Positions 9,180 through 18,272 of a stretch of DNA of 64,000 bases are shown here, in pieces. A program made the position numbers and the translations under genes. Origin of the DNA: an uncultured Chloroflexia bacterium (lineage in GTDB: Bacteria; Chloroflexota; Limnocylindria; Limnocylindrales; CSP1-4); the NCBI GenBank assembly GCA_963778155.1, contig CAVZTK010000021.1, forward strand, positions 1,162,871-1,226,870, in the 5' to 3' direction. Position 1 is the first letter of the stretch. Every line of letters starts with the position of its first letter. The notes under the pieces were generated by a model. That model was given only the letters and a program-made list of their open reading frames with translations, had not been told where the DNA came from and ran no database searches.

Positions 9180-9908
9180 ATGACCGACCCAGCGTCCCGC
9201 GTCGAGACCTATCGCACCGCGCGCGAACGCGTCCTCGCCCGCATCGAGGCGGCCTGCGCGCGCGCGGGTCGATCGTCGGCCGAGGTGTCACTCGTCGCCG
9301 TGTCCAAGACCGTCGCCTCGGATGCGTTGCGCGACGCGGTGTCGGCCGGCCTCGATCGGCTCGGGGAGAACCGCGTCCAGGAGGGCGTCGCCAAGGCGCC
9401 CGAGGTCCCCGGCGCTCGCTGGGAGCTCGTCGGCCCGCTCCAGTCGAACAAGGCGCGCCGGGCGCTCGAGGTCTTCGACAGCATCCAGACCGTGGACTCG
9501 GTCGACCTCGCGCGGCGACTCGACCGGCTCGTGCCGGAGCTTCGGCCGGGTGCCCCGTACCCGGTCCTCCTCCAGGTCAATGTCGACGACGACCCGGCCA
9601 AGGCGGGGTTCGCCGTGGCCGACCTGGACGCCGCCCTCGACGACCTGCTCGGGCTGCCACACCTGGTGATCAACGGCCTGATGACCGTCGGTCGTCTGAC
9701 ATCCGACCCAGCGGAAGCACGACCGACGTTCCGCGGCCTGCGGACGCTGTCGGAAGCGTCGCGTGCCCGCCGGCCGGAGCTCGGTGCGGACCTGTCGATG
9801 GGGATGACCGACGATTTCGAGCTGGCCGTCGAGGAGGGCGCGACCATCGTCCGGGTGGGCCGGGCGCTGTTCGGCGAGCGGCCCCATCCGGACGAGCCGC
9901 ACGGATGA
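9180..9908 (+). CDS. yggS: YggS-family pyridoxal-phosphate homeostasis protein
   Basis: VSLVAVSKTV (PLP lysine motif), GENRVQE, LQSNKAR, LSMGMTDDFELAVEEGATIVRVG. Follows ftsZ, as is common. Confidence 0.88.
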   Translation: MTDPASRVETYRTARERVLARIEAACARAGRSSAEVSLVAVSKTVASDALRDAVSAGLDRLGENRVQEGVAKAPEVPGARWELVGPLQSNKARRALEVFDSIQTVDSVDLARRLDRLVPELRPGAPYPVLLQVNVDDDPAKAGFAVADLDAALDDLLGLPHLVINGLMTVGRLTSDPAEARPTFRGLRTLSEASRARRPELGADLSMGMTDDFELAVEEGATIVRVGRALFGERPHPDEPHG

Positions 9909-10004
9909 CCCGAGGGCGCCGACAGGCCCCTCGCGGACACGGCTGGTAGACTCGGGATCGATGCCGTTCGTGCAAGACGCCCATATGGCGCGCCTTCCGA
10001 GGTC

Positions 10005-10286
10005 TTGACTCTCCCCACCGCCCGCTTCGCCGTCCGCATCACGCCGCGCTCGGCGGTCGAGCGCGTCGAGGAGGTGGCAGACGGCGTCCTCAAGGTGCGG
10101 GTGATGGCGCCTGCGGTCGAGGGCGCGGCCAATGCCGCGCTCATCCGGATCCTGGCCGACGAGCTCGGCGTCGCCCGACGCGATGTCCGCATCGTGGCCG
10201 GCGCGACCAGCCGCCAGAAGCTGGTCGTCATCGATGGCGTCGACCCGGAGACGATCGTTGCCCGGTGGCCGGGCCTGCGGGTATGA
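10005..10286 (+). CDS. DUF167 (YggU-like) protein
   Basis: 93 aa, TTG start. Shows the ...[46 protein letters not shown] pattern typical of DUF167. Confidence 0.75.
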   Translation: MTLPTARFAVRITPRSAVERVEEVADGVLKVRVMAPAVEGAANAALIRILADELGVARRDVRIVAGATSRQKLVVIDGVDPETIVARWPGLRV

Positions 10287-10287
10287 T
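10282..10287 (+). promoter_or_regulatory. Candidate -10 box TATGAT for tRNA-Val
   Basis: AT-rich hexamer 15 nt upstream of the mature tRNA 5' end. Confidence 0.35.
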
Positions 10288-10301
10288 CGTCGGGCATCCC
10301 C

Positions 10302-10378
10302 GGGCGATTGGCTCAGTCGGTTAGAGCGCGCGGTTCACATCCGCGAGGTCACTGGTTCGAATCCAGTATCGCCCACCA
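10302..10378 (+). tRNA. tRNA-Val (anticodon CAC), CCA encoded
   Basis: Folds by hand: acceptor GGGCGAT/ATCGCCC, D stem GCTC/GAGC, anticodon stem CGCGG/CCGCG with loop TTCACAT, T arm ACTGG-TTCGAAT-CCAGT, discriminator A + CCA. Confidence 0.93.
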
Positions 10379-10432
10379 CTCCCCTCGTCCCGTCCGGCTC
10401 GCGCGACGGCTCCGGTTCCGGCACGGAGCGCG

Positions 10433-10942
10433 AGCGACCGGTCGCGTCGGCGAAGTCCCAGGCGTCGATCGCGGGCGGCGTCACGCCGAGGCTCGTCAAC
10501 GCCGTGCAGATCTGGCTGCGGTGGTCCGTGCCGTGGTGGACGACCTGTGCCAGCCGGATGCCGGTCGGGGGGGCCCCCAGCCCGTGTCGCCGATCTCGAC
10601 GACGTCGGCGTCGGGGTCCAGCTCGCCGCCGACGAGCTCCAGCCAGAATGGCCCGTTGGCCGTCATCGCCGCGCGCAGCTCGGGCAGGCCCGCGTCGCCC
10701 TCCTCATCGATCCTACCGGCCCGTTCGCCGTCGTAGAAGGAGAGGTACCAGCCGTCGGCACCGACGAGGTGGCGAAGCGTGTCGATGATCGAGCCGTAGG
10801 TGCACGGGACCGGCTTCGCCAGCTGTTCGGTGGTGAGGACGCCGCAGGCTTCGATGAGGCGCTCGGTCGCCCAGATGTGATGGGCGAACACGTCGCCGAG
10901 GAGGGGGGTTGACATGGGTCTATCGTACGGTGACGCGGCCAT
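10433..10942 (-). pseudogene. DinB-fold (DinB_2-like) protein, frame break at a G7C5 homopolymer; 3' end unresolved
   Basis: The N-terminal 10496-10942 ORF reads ...VFAHHIWATERLI...IDTLRHLVGADGWY. The C-terminal motif PTGIRLAQVVHHGTDHRSQICTAL is in another minus-strand frame downstream of ggggggg/ccccc at 10567-10578. That frame stays open into the tRNA. Confidence 0.6.
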
Positions 10943-10994
10943 GACGGCGAGAGTGCCCGCCGGTCACAAGGGCGCGAAGAGGGAGGGCCCGACG

Positions 10995-11195
10995 ATGCCG
11001 GGTGACAAGGGGAAGGTCGACTCGTTGAGCAAGGCGGTCAAGGCGTGCAAGGGCAATGCCGTGTGCATCCAGGCGGCCGAGAACGAGTTCGTGGCCGGCG
11101 GGGGCACGATGGTCCCCGTCAACGAGACGGGGAAGGTCTTCACCGATCCGAACGGAGGAAAGGTCTTCGTGACTCCGTCGGGCAAGGTCTTCTAA
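10995..11195 (+). CDS. Small hypothetical protein (66 aa) with three GKVF repeats
   Basis: ATG 10995 is preceded by GGGAGGG 7 nt upstream. High third-position GC, TAA stop. Sequence: MPGDKGKVDSLSKAVKACKGNAVCIQ...ETGKVFTDPNGGKVFVTPSGKVF. Confidence 0.55.
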   Translation: MPGDKGKVDSLSKAVKACKGNAVCIQAAENEFVAGGGTMVPVNETGKVFTDPNGGKVFVTPSGKVF

Positions 11196-11199
11196 GGGC

Positions 11200-11490
11200 T
11201 CAGCGGCGCTCGAAGCGCAGGTAGGCGACGCCCCGCGCATCGACGTAGGTGGCCTCCGCCGTCTCGACGATGCGCAGGACGACGCCGCCACAGGACGGGC
11301 AGCGCAGGACGGTGCCCGGCGCCCGGACGTAGGCGCGCAGCTCACCGATCGCGTGCACGTTGCCACAATGGACGCAGCGACCGGGGATGGCGGTCATCTC
11401 GACGCCGAACACCCCGGCGAGAGCGCCCGCGGATGCATTCCCGTCGAGGACTGCGTCGTCGGTCGGGTCGGTGGCTTCGTCGTCGGTCAT
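11200..11490 (-). CDS. Small zinc-ribbon protein (CxxC...CxxC; resembles the DUF6510 type)
   Basis: 96 aa, acidic N-terminus, then CVHCGNVHAIGELRAYVRAPGTVLRCPSCGG. Last gene of a three-gene minus-strand unit. Confidence 0.7.
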   Translation of the reverse strand: MTDDEATDPTDDAVLDGNASAGALAGVFGVEMTAIPGRCVHCGNVHAIGELRAYVRAPGTVLRCPSCGGVVLRIVETAEATYVDARGVAYLRFERR

Positions 11491-11506
11491 CGACGGACTC
11501 CTTCGA

Positions 11507-12247
11507 TCATGTCCCGGTCGGTCCGAAGCGTTCCGTGCGGACGCGATCGGGTGGCAGACCCAGACGGACCAGGCCGTTGGCTGCCGTCTCGACGAGCGCC
11601 GTCGGGCCGCAGACGTAGGAGCGGGCCGAAACACCGAGCGGGTCGAGCACGTCGGCCAGCATCGCGGCGTCGATCCGGCGGACGTACCCCGACCAGCCGG
11701 TCGGTTGCGACCGGGTCAGGGTATGGACGACCTCGAACCCGTCGCGTCGCACGGCCAGCCGATCGAGCTCGTCGCGGTAGATGATCTCCTCGGGGTGGCG
11801 GGAGCTCAGCAGGAGACGGGTCGGGATGGTTGATCCGGACCGCGCCCGATGACGGAGCATCGCCATCAACGGCACGACACCCGACCCGCCGGCGACCAGG
11901 AACAGCGGGCCACCGAACGTCGTCTCCCAGACGAAGTAGCCGCCGATCGGCCCGCGGAGCTCGAGCCGGTCGCCGACGACCACCGTGTCGTGCAGGAACG
12001 CGGAAACCTCGCCATCCTCGATCCGCTCGACCGTGATGTCGATCTCGCCTGACCGCTCGGGCTCCGACGCGATGGAGTAGCTTCGCTCGACGCTGTAGCC
12101 ATCCGCCGCGGTCAACCGCAGGTCGATGTGCTGGCCGGGCCGGTGCCCCGTCCACGACGGCAGTCGCAGCGTGAACGACCGGACGGTCGGCGTCTCGGTC
12201 CGGATCGCGTCGACGGTCGCGAGCTGCCAGGCGATCGGGCTGGCCAT
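11507..12247 (-). CDS. Ferredoxin-reductase-type FAD/NAD(P)-binding oxidoreductase
   Basis: 246 aa with RSYSIAS (RxYS FAD motif), LFLVAGGSGVVP (NAD motif) and a C-terminal ...YVCGP.... Confidence 0.85.
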   Translation of the reverse strand: MASPIAWQLATVDAIRTETPTVRSFTLRLPSWTGHRPGQHIDLRLTAADGYSVERSYSIASEPERSGEIDITVERIEDGEVSAFLHDTVVVGDRLELRGPIGGYFVWETTFGGPLFLVAGGSGVVPLMAMLRHRARSGSTIPTRLLLSSRHPEEIIYRDELDRLAVRRDGFEVVHTLTRSQPTGWSGYVRRIDAAMLADVLDPLGVSARSYVCGPTALVETAANGLVRLGLPPDRVRTERFGPTGT

Positions 12248-12258
12248 CAGGGTCGTCC

Positions 12259-12891
12259 CTAGTCGCCGCTGTACCGTTCTTCGAGCCATTGGTCGCCGCG
12301 GGCGTGGTAGCCGAGCGACTCCCAGAAGCCGAGCTCGTCCTGGGCCTGAAGACGCAAGCCGCGGATCCACTTCGCACTCTTCCAGAAATACCGATCCGGG
12401 ACGACCAGCCGGGCGGGGCCGCCGTGCTCGGGCGCAAGCGGTCGGCCGTCGTACTCCCAGGCGACGAACGCGCGGCCGCCGAGGACGTCCTCGAGCGGCA
12501 GGTTCGTCGTGTATCCGCCATCGGACCGGGCGATCACGAATCCGGCTGCCGCGTCGAGATCGACGTGCTCGAGCAGCGTGTCGACGCTGACCCCATGCCA
12601 GCGCATGTCGAGCTTCGTCCACTTCGTGACGCAGCTGATGTCGACCGTCCAGGCGCGGCTCGGCAGCGCGACGAATGCGTCCCACGTCCAGCGGACGGGC
12701 TCGCCGACGAGACCCTCGATCGAAAACGACCAGGAATCGAGGGGAGTTCGCGGCGTGGGTCCGGCGGAAAGGACAGGGAAGTCGGTGGTCAGGTACTGGC
12801 CGGGTGGGGTCCGCGACGCGCTGTCGGCGGCCCCCTCACCGGGAATGCCGCGACGCCCGACGAACCCGCGGGTGACGAATTGGTCGGTCAT
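12259..12891 (-). CDS. Molybdopterin-dependent (sulfite-oxidase-like/YedY-like) oxidoreductase
   Basis: 210 aa (alternative start 12921) with ISCVTKWTKLDMRWHGV, GGYTTNLPLED, PEHGGPARLVVPDRYFWKSAKWIRGL. Confidence 0.85.
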   Translation of the reverse strand: MTDQFVTRGFVGRRGIPGEGAADSASRTPPGQYLTTDFPVLSAGPTPRTPLDSWSFSIEGLVGEPVRWTWDAFVALPSRAWTVDISCVTKWTKLDMRWHGVSVDTLLEHVDLDAAAGFVIARSDGGYTTNLPLEDVLGGRAFVAWEYDGRPLAPEHGGPARLVVPDRYFWKSAKWIRGLRLQAQDELGFWESLGYHARGDQWLEERYSGD

Positions 12892-12978
12892 GGCGACGAG
12901 CAAAACGTGCGGCGAGGCCATTGTCAATGGGCTCGACGGCCTCGGTCGCGGGAAATGCAGTCTGGCATCCTCAGCGGT

Positions 12979-14481
12979 ATGCATCAGAGCGGCACGGGTG
13001 ACTACGGGGTCGGGTCGTGGATCGAGCGTCGGGCGCGGTCGAGGCCCGACCACCCGGCGCTGATCCACGGCGACCGGACGCTGACATACGCCGAGCTCGC
13101 CGCACGGATCCGGCGCCTGGCGAACGGTCTGCGTGGACTCGGCGTGCAGAGAGGCGACCGCATCGCCTGGCTCGGTCCGAATCATCCGGCATTCCTGGAG
13201 GCCTTCTTCGCGGTGGGGCAGCTGGGCGCCGCGCTGGCGCCTGTGAACCACCGGTTGACGCCGGATGAGCGGGCCACGGTCCTCGCCCAGACGGAGCCCG
13301 TCGCCATCGTCGGATCCGGCGGCACGGCGGCGACCATCGACATCGAGGCGCTCATTGCCGCTTTCCCAGACCATCCGATCGCCGAGACGATCGGAGCCGA
13401 CGACCTGCTCTTCCTGCCGCATACGTCGGGCACGACGGGAACGCCGAAGGCGGTGATGCTGACCCACGGCAACGTCACCTGGAACGCCGTCAACTGCCTG
13501 TCGGCGTCCGACTTCCGGCCCGACGACGTGACCGCGGCGATCGCCCCATTCTTCCGCGTCGGTGGAACGGGCGTGAACGTCCTGCCGGTCCTGTTCCTCG
13601 GCGGAACGGTCGTCGTCCCGGACGACCCGAGCCCTGACGGGCTCCTCCGGCTGATGGAGCGGCATCATGTGACAGTCGGCTTCGGCAACCCGGACCTGCT
13701 CGACGCGATCGCGCACGCCGACGCCTGGCCATCGGCGGACCTGTCGAGCATCCGATTCATCCTGACCGGCGGGGCGCCCGTGCCGGAGCGGCTGATCCGC
13801 GCCTATCTCGATCGTGGCGTGACATTGGTCCAGGGCTACGGCCAATCCGAGGCCTCGCCGCTCGTCCTGCTCCTCGATGCCGCGAGGGCCCTCGACAAGA
13901 TCGGCGCAGCAGGCCGGCCGCCTCTGTTCGTGGACATCCGGATCGCCGATCCGCCCGACGTTGACGTCGCCCCGGGGCAGACCGGCGAGCTGCTGGTCCG
14001 CGGCCCGAACGTGATGGCCGGCTACTGGCGGCGGCCGGCCGAAACGCGCGAGACGATCCTCGAGGGCGGCTGGCTGCGGACCGGCGACGCCGCCCGGATC
14101 GACGCCGATGGCGATGTCTGGATCGTGGACCGGTTCGACGCCCGGTTCGAGTCGGCGGGCGGCGTCGTCTACCCGGGCGACGTCGAGCGCGCGCTTCTGG
14201 CTCATCCGGCGGTGGCCGATGCCGGGGTCGTCGGCGTGCCCGCGGCCGTTGGGTCGATGGTCGGTGCCGCGTTCGTGGTCCTGGCGCCGGGAGCGACCCG
14301 CGTGACCGAGGACGCGCTCCTTGCGCACTGCCGGGAACGTCTGGCCGAGCACCAGGTCCCGGGCTCGATCGCGTTCGTCGAGGACCTCCCGCGAAATGCC
14401 GTCGGCAAGCTCGTCCGCCACGATCTTGCGCGACTGGCCGCCGACGGGGAGCGGAACGCGCCTACCATCCCCGGACGATGA
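12979..14481 (+). CDS. AMP-dependent acyl-CoA synthetase/ligase
   Basis: 500 aa with LPHTSGTTGTPKAV (AMP-binding motif), QGYGQSE, GWLRTGD, PRNAVGKL. Confidence 0.9.
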   Translation: MHQSGTGDYGVGSWIERRARSRPDHPALIHGDRTLTYAELAARIRRLANGLRGLGVQRGDRIAWLGPNHPAFLEAFFAVGQLGAALAPVNHRLTPDERATVLAQTEPVAIVGSGGTAATIDIEALIAAFPDHPIAETIGADDLLFLPHTSGTTGTPKAVMLTHGNVTWNAVNCLSASDFRPDDVTAAIAPFFRVGGTGVNVLPVLFLGGTVVVPDDPSPDGLLRLMERHHVTVGFGNPDLLDAIAHADAWPSADLSSIRFILTGGAPVPERLIRAYLDRGVTLVQGYGQSEASPLVLLLDAARALDKIGAAGRPPLFVDIRIADPPDVDVAPGQTGELLVRGPNVMAGYWRRPAETRETILEGGWLRTGDAARIDADGDVWIVDRFDARFESAGGVVYPGDVERALLAHPAVADAGVVGVPAAVGSMVGAAFVVLAPGATRVTEDALLAHCRERLAEHQVPGSIAFVEDLPRNAVGKLVRHDLARLAADGERNAPTIPGR

Positions 14482-15191
14482 TGACGATCCGTCAGCCGGG
14501 GGAATCGCGCCGATCGGCGGTGCGCGCGATGCTCGCACGCGAGGACGACTTCGGGGTCGCCCTGGTCCTGATCCTGCTGACCGTGCTGGTGTTCGCGGCC
14601 GCGGAGGGCCCGATCGGTCAGCTGGTCAGCGTCGCGCTCAGCGGCGGCACGCTGCTGTTCGTCATCCACACTGCCGGCGGGCACCGCCGGACGTTCCGGG
14701 TGTCTGCGATCGTTGTCGTGATCGCGGTGCTCAGCACGGCCGTTGCGACTGTCGCGGGCGGAGACGCCGCGACCGCTACGGCGGGACTGGTCGGGCTCCT
14801 GCTCGCGGTCATCGCCCCGATCGTCATCCTGCGGCGGATCGTCCTCAGCCCGACCATCACGATCCGGCTGGTGCTCGGTGCCCTGGCCATCTACCTGTTG
14901 CTCGGACTCGCATACGCCTATCTGTTCCCGCTGGTGGCGACGCTGACCCACGCACCGTTCTTCGTCCAGACGGCCACGCCCGATGCCTCGGACTTCGTGT
15001 ATTTCAGCTATACGACGCTGGCAACGGTCGGCTTCGGCGACTTCACCGCGGCCACCAGTGTCGGCCGGATGGCGGCCGTCTCCGAGGCACTCGTCGGCCA
15101 GCTCTACCTCGTGTCGGCCGTGGCCCTGTTGGTCGGCAACGTCGGCCGGACCCTGCGCCGCAACGATCCCGGCAGCCGGCCCGAAGAATGA
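14478..15191 (+). CDS. Potassium-channel-family membrane protein
   Basis: 237 aa, several TM segments and a pore signature YFSYTTLATVGFGDF. ATG overlaps the upstream stop (ATGA). Confidence 0.85.
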   Translation: MMTIRQPGESRRSAVRAMLAREDDFGVALVLILLTVLVFAAAEGPIGQLVSVALSGGTLLFVIHTAGGHRRTFRVSAIVVVIAVLSTAVATVAGGDAATATAGLVGLLLAVIAPIVILRRIVLSPTITIRLVLGALAIYLLLGLAYAYLFPLVATLTHAPFFVQTATPDASDFVYFSYTTLATVGFGDFTAATSVGRMAAVSEALVGQLYLVSAVALLVGNVGRTLRRNDPGSRPEE

Positions 15192-15262
15192 CCCGCCACG
15201 GCCGTCACGCTCGCTGGAGGTCGCTCGTCAGAACGGGCGACACCAGCCTGCTCCTCCGCGCA

Positions 15263-15292
15263 GAAGCCCTCGGTTCCTCCCCCGAGGGCTTC
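15263..15292. terminator. Hairpin between convergent genes (K+ channel / acnA)
   Basis: gaagccctcgg-ttcctccc-ccgagggcttc: an 11-bp perfect stem in the 150-nt convergent gap. Confidence 0.55.
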
Positions 15293-15342
15293 TTCGTGTC
15301 CGAAGGACGGACGCGATCGGCGGCCCCGGGCCCCGCCCAGAC

Positions 15343-18093
15343 CTAGCTCTCTCGCGCGAGCCGCCGCAGGACGGCGGGGAGGATCCCGCCGGCCAGGAAG
15401 TACTCGACGTCGATCGGGCCGTCGAGCCGGGCGATCGCCGAGAAGCGCCGCTCGCTGCCGTCGTCCGCGCGGGCCACGATGGTCACGTCCTGGCGCGGGG
15501 TCGGCCCGCCGGCCAGGCCGCTCACCGACAATGTCTCGCGGCCGGTCAGGCCGAGCGACGCCGCGGTCTCGCCGACCCGGAACTGGAGGGGCAGGATGCC
15601 CATCCCTACGAGGTTCGAGCGATGGATCCGCTCGAAGCTCTCGGCGATCACGACGCGGACGCCGAGGAGGGCCGGGCCCTTGGCCGCCCAGTCGCGCGAC
15701 GAGCCCGACCCGTACTCGCGCCCGGCGATGATCGCCAGCGGCACGCGTTCGGTCGCGTAGCGCATCGCGACGTCGTAGATGAACCCCTCGTCGCCGTCGG
15801 GGAGGTGGACCGTGTACGGCCCTTCCTTGCCTTCGACGAGCCGGTTGCGCAGCCTGATGTTGCCGAACGTGCCGCGCATCATCACCTCGTGGTGGCCCCG
15901 CCGGGCGCCGTACGAGTTGAACTCGAGCGGCCCGACGCCGTGGGCCTGGAGCCACTGGCCGGCGGGCGACCACTGCGCGATCGAGCCTGCCGGCGAGATG
16001 TGGTCAGTGGTCACCGAGTCGCCGAGGACGGCCAGGACGCGCAGCCCGTCGATGTCGCCGACCGGGTCGGGCGTCAGCCCGAGGCCGTCGAAGAACGGCG
16101 GCTTCGCGATGTAGGTCGAGTCGTCCTCCCAGGCATACCGGTCGCCGGACGGGATCGGCAGCGCGCGCCACCGGTCGTCGCCTTCGAACACGGTCGCGTA
16201 GGTCCGCCGGAACAGCTCCGGGTCGATGCTGTCGGCGATGACCGCGCGGATCTCGTCGGGCTCGGGCCAGATGTCGGCCAGGAAGACCGGGCGCCCGTCC
16301 GAGTCCGTGCCGAGCGGCTCGCCGGTCAGGTCGATGTCAACCCGGCCGGCCAGGGCGAACGCCACGACCAGCGGCGGGGAGGCGAGATAGCTCGCTCGCG
16401 CGAGCGGGTGGATCCGACCCTCGAAATTGCGATTGCCCGACAGGACCGCGGCCACGACCAGGTCGTTCTTCTCGATGGCGGCGGCGACGGCGTCGTCGAG
16501 CGGGCCCGAGTTACCGATGCAGGTCGTGCAGCCGTAGCCCGCCAGCGCGAAGCCGAGCGTCTCGAGCGGGTCCATCAGCCCGGCCGCCTCGAGGTAGCCG
16601 GTCACGGCTCGCGAGCCCGGTGCCAGCGAGGTCTTGACCGTCGGCCCGACGCGCAGGCCGCGGGCGACGGCATTGCGGGCCAGCAGGCCGGCCCCGACCA
16701 TGACCGTCGGGTTGGACGTGTTCGTGCACGAGGTGATCGCCGCGATCGCGACCGAGCCGTGACGGACGATCGCATGCTGGCCGCCGATCTCGATGGCCAC
16801 GCTGCCGTTGTCGGTGGCGCCGGTCGTGCCGCCCTCGTCGGTCAGCCGCCCGAGGTCCTCGCGGGTCGCCGCCGTCGGGCCGGTCGCGGGGAAGGCCGCC
16901 TCGAAGTTGGCCGGCAGGCCGGGCAGCTCGACCCGGTCCTGTGGGCGGCGCGGTCCGGCCACCGACGGCTCGACGCTCGCCAGGTCGAGCTCGAGCAGCT
17001 CGTCGAAGGTCGGGCCGTCGCCGGGTAGCCGCCACAGTCCCTGTTCCCGGGCGTAGCGCTCGACGAGCTCGACCCGCTCGGCCGATCGCCCGGTCAGGCG
17101 CAGGTAGGCGATGGTCTCGTCGTCGATCGGGAAGAGGGTCGCGGTCGCCCCGAACTCCGGGCTCATGTTGCTGATCGTCGTCCGGTCGGCCAGCGCGAGC
17201 GTCGCCAGGCCGTCACCCGCGAACTCGACGAACGAGCCGACCACGCCGTGCGCCCGCAGCATCTCGGTCACCACCAGGACGAGGTCGGTGGCGGTCGAGC
17301 CTCGGGGCAGTGCCCCGTGGAGCCGGACGCCGACGACGTGCGGCATGGGCTGGTAGAGCGGCTGCCCGAGGAGGACGGCCTCCGCCTCGATCCCGCCGAC
17401 GCCGTAGCCGAGGACGCCGAGGCCGTTGACCATCGTCGTGTGCGAATCGGTGCCGACGAGCGTGTCGGGGAAGGCGACCCGGCCGCCTTGGCCGTCGTCG
17501 CGGTCGGTGACGACGGTGGCCAGGAACTCGAGGTTGACCTGGTGGATGATGCCGGTCCCGGGCGGCACCACGCGCAGGTCGCGGAAGGCGGTCTGGGCCC
17601 AGCGCAGGAGCTGGTAGCGCTCCCCGTTGCGGTCGTACTCGCGCTCCACGTTGAAGGCGAACGCGCCGGGCGTCCCGAACTGGTCGATCTGCACCGAGTG
17701 GTCGATGACGAGGTCGGCCGGCACGAGCGGGTTGACCTTGCCGGGGTCGCCGCCGAGGTCGGCCATCGCATCGCGCATCACCGCGAGGTCCACGACCGCC
17801 GGGACGCCGGTGAAGTCCTGGAGGAGGACCCGGGCCGGCATGAACGGGATCTCGGCCTCGGCCGCGACGCCCGGCCGCCAGGCCAGCAGCGTCTCGACGT
17901 CCTCGGCACGGACGGTGCCGTCGCCGGCGTGGCGCAGCAGGTTCTCGAGCAGGATCTTGATCGTCACCGGCAGACCGGCGAGGTCGGTCCGGTCGGCCAG
18001 CACCGCGAGCCGGTGGAACGTGTAGCCGGTGCTGCCGATGCGCAGGGTGCCGCGCGCGGCGAACGGATCGGGGATCGAGGACCGGGCTGTCAT
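15343..18093 (-). CDS. acnA: Aconitate hydratase A
   Basis: 916-aa uninterrupted ORF with long aconitase motifs (VVIDHSVQID, GTDSHTTM, ITSCTNTSNP, GCTTCIGNSGPL, AGREYGSGSSRDWAAKG). Confidence 0.96.
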   Translation of the reverse strand: MTARSSIPDPFAARGTLRIGSTGYTFHRLAVLADRTDLAGLPVTIKILLENLLRHAGDGTVRAEDVETLLAWRPGVAAEAEIPFMPARVLLQDFTGVPAVVDLAVMRDAMADLGGDPGKVNPLVPADLVIDHSVQIDQFGTPGAFAFNVEREYDRNGERYQLLRWAQTAFRDLRVVPPGTGIIHQVNLEFLATVVTDRDDGQGGRVAFPDTLVGTDSHTTMVNGLGVLGYGVGGIEAEAVLLGQPLYQPMPHVVGVRLHGALPRGSTATDLVLVVTEMLRAHGVVGSFVEFAGDGLATLALADRTTISNMSPEFGATATLFPIDDETIAYLRLTGRSAERVELVERYAREQGLWRLPGDGPTFDELLELDLASVEPSVAGPRRPQDRVELPGLPANFEAAFPATGPTAATREDLGRLTDEGGTTGATDNGSVAIEIGGQHAIVRHGSVAIAAITSCTNTSNPTVMVGAGLLARNAVARGLRVGPTVKTSLAPGSRAVTGYLEAAGLMDPLETLGFALAGYGCTTCIGNSGPLDDAVAAAIEKNDLVVAAVLSGNRNFEGRIHPLARASYLASPPLVVAFALAGRVDIDLTGEPLGTDSDGRPVFLADIWPEPDEIRAVIADSIDPELFRRTYATVFEGDDRWRALPIPSGDRYAWEDDSTYIAKPPFFDGLGLTPDPVGDIDGLRVLAVLGDSVTTDHISPAGSIAQWSPAGQWLQAHGVGPLEFNSYGARRGHHEVMMRGTFGNIRLRNRLVEGKEGPYTVHLPDGDEGFIYDVAMRYATERVPLAIIAGREYGSGSSRDWAAKGPALLGVRVVIAESFERIHRSNLVGMGILPLQFRVGETAASLGLTGRETLSVSGLAGGPTPRQDVTIVARADDGSERRFSAIARLDGPIDVEYFLAGGILPAVLRRLARES

Positions 18094-18178
18094 GACGCGC
18101 CTCCTTCATCGTCCGCGCATGTGCGCGGGGTCAGTCGGCGCCGGGCGGGTGCGCCCGCCCCGGGTCGAATCGGCCTCC

Positions 18179-18184
18179 AGTATA
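18179..18184 (-). promoter_or_regulatory. Candidate -10 box TATACT (minus strand) for acnA
   Basis: agtata on the plus strand is TATACT on the minus strand, ~85 nt upstream of the acnA start. A GGCGGG-tgcg-CCCGCC hairpin (18143-18160) lies in the putative leader. Confidence 0.35.
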
Positions 18185-18272
18185 GGACGGCCCGGACGCG
18201 ACCGCGCCGACGCGGTCGCTACACTCGAGACGTGCGACACCGATCATCCACGCCGGGCTCGAGACGATTCCG

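Noticed and set aside
12259-14538. A 759-aa minus-strand ORF and a 730-aa plus-strand ORF (12289-14481), each appearing as one giant gene.
   Set aside because: Only the 3' 210 codons of the minus ORF (Moco oxidoreductase) and the 3' 500 codons of the plus ORF (acyl-CoA synthetase) carry family motifs and good codon signal. The remainder is open shadow frame over the neighbouring gene.
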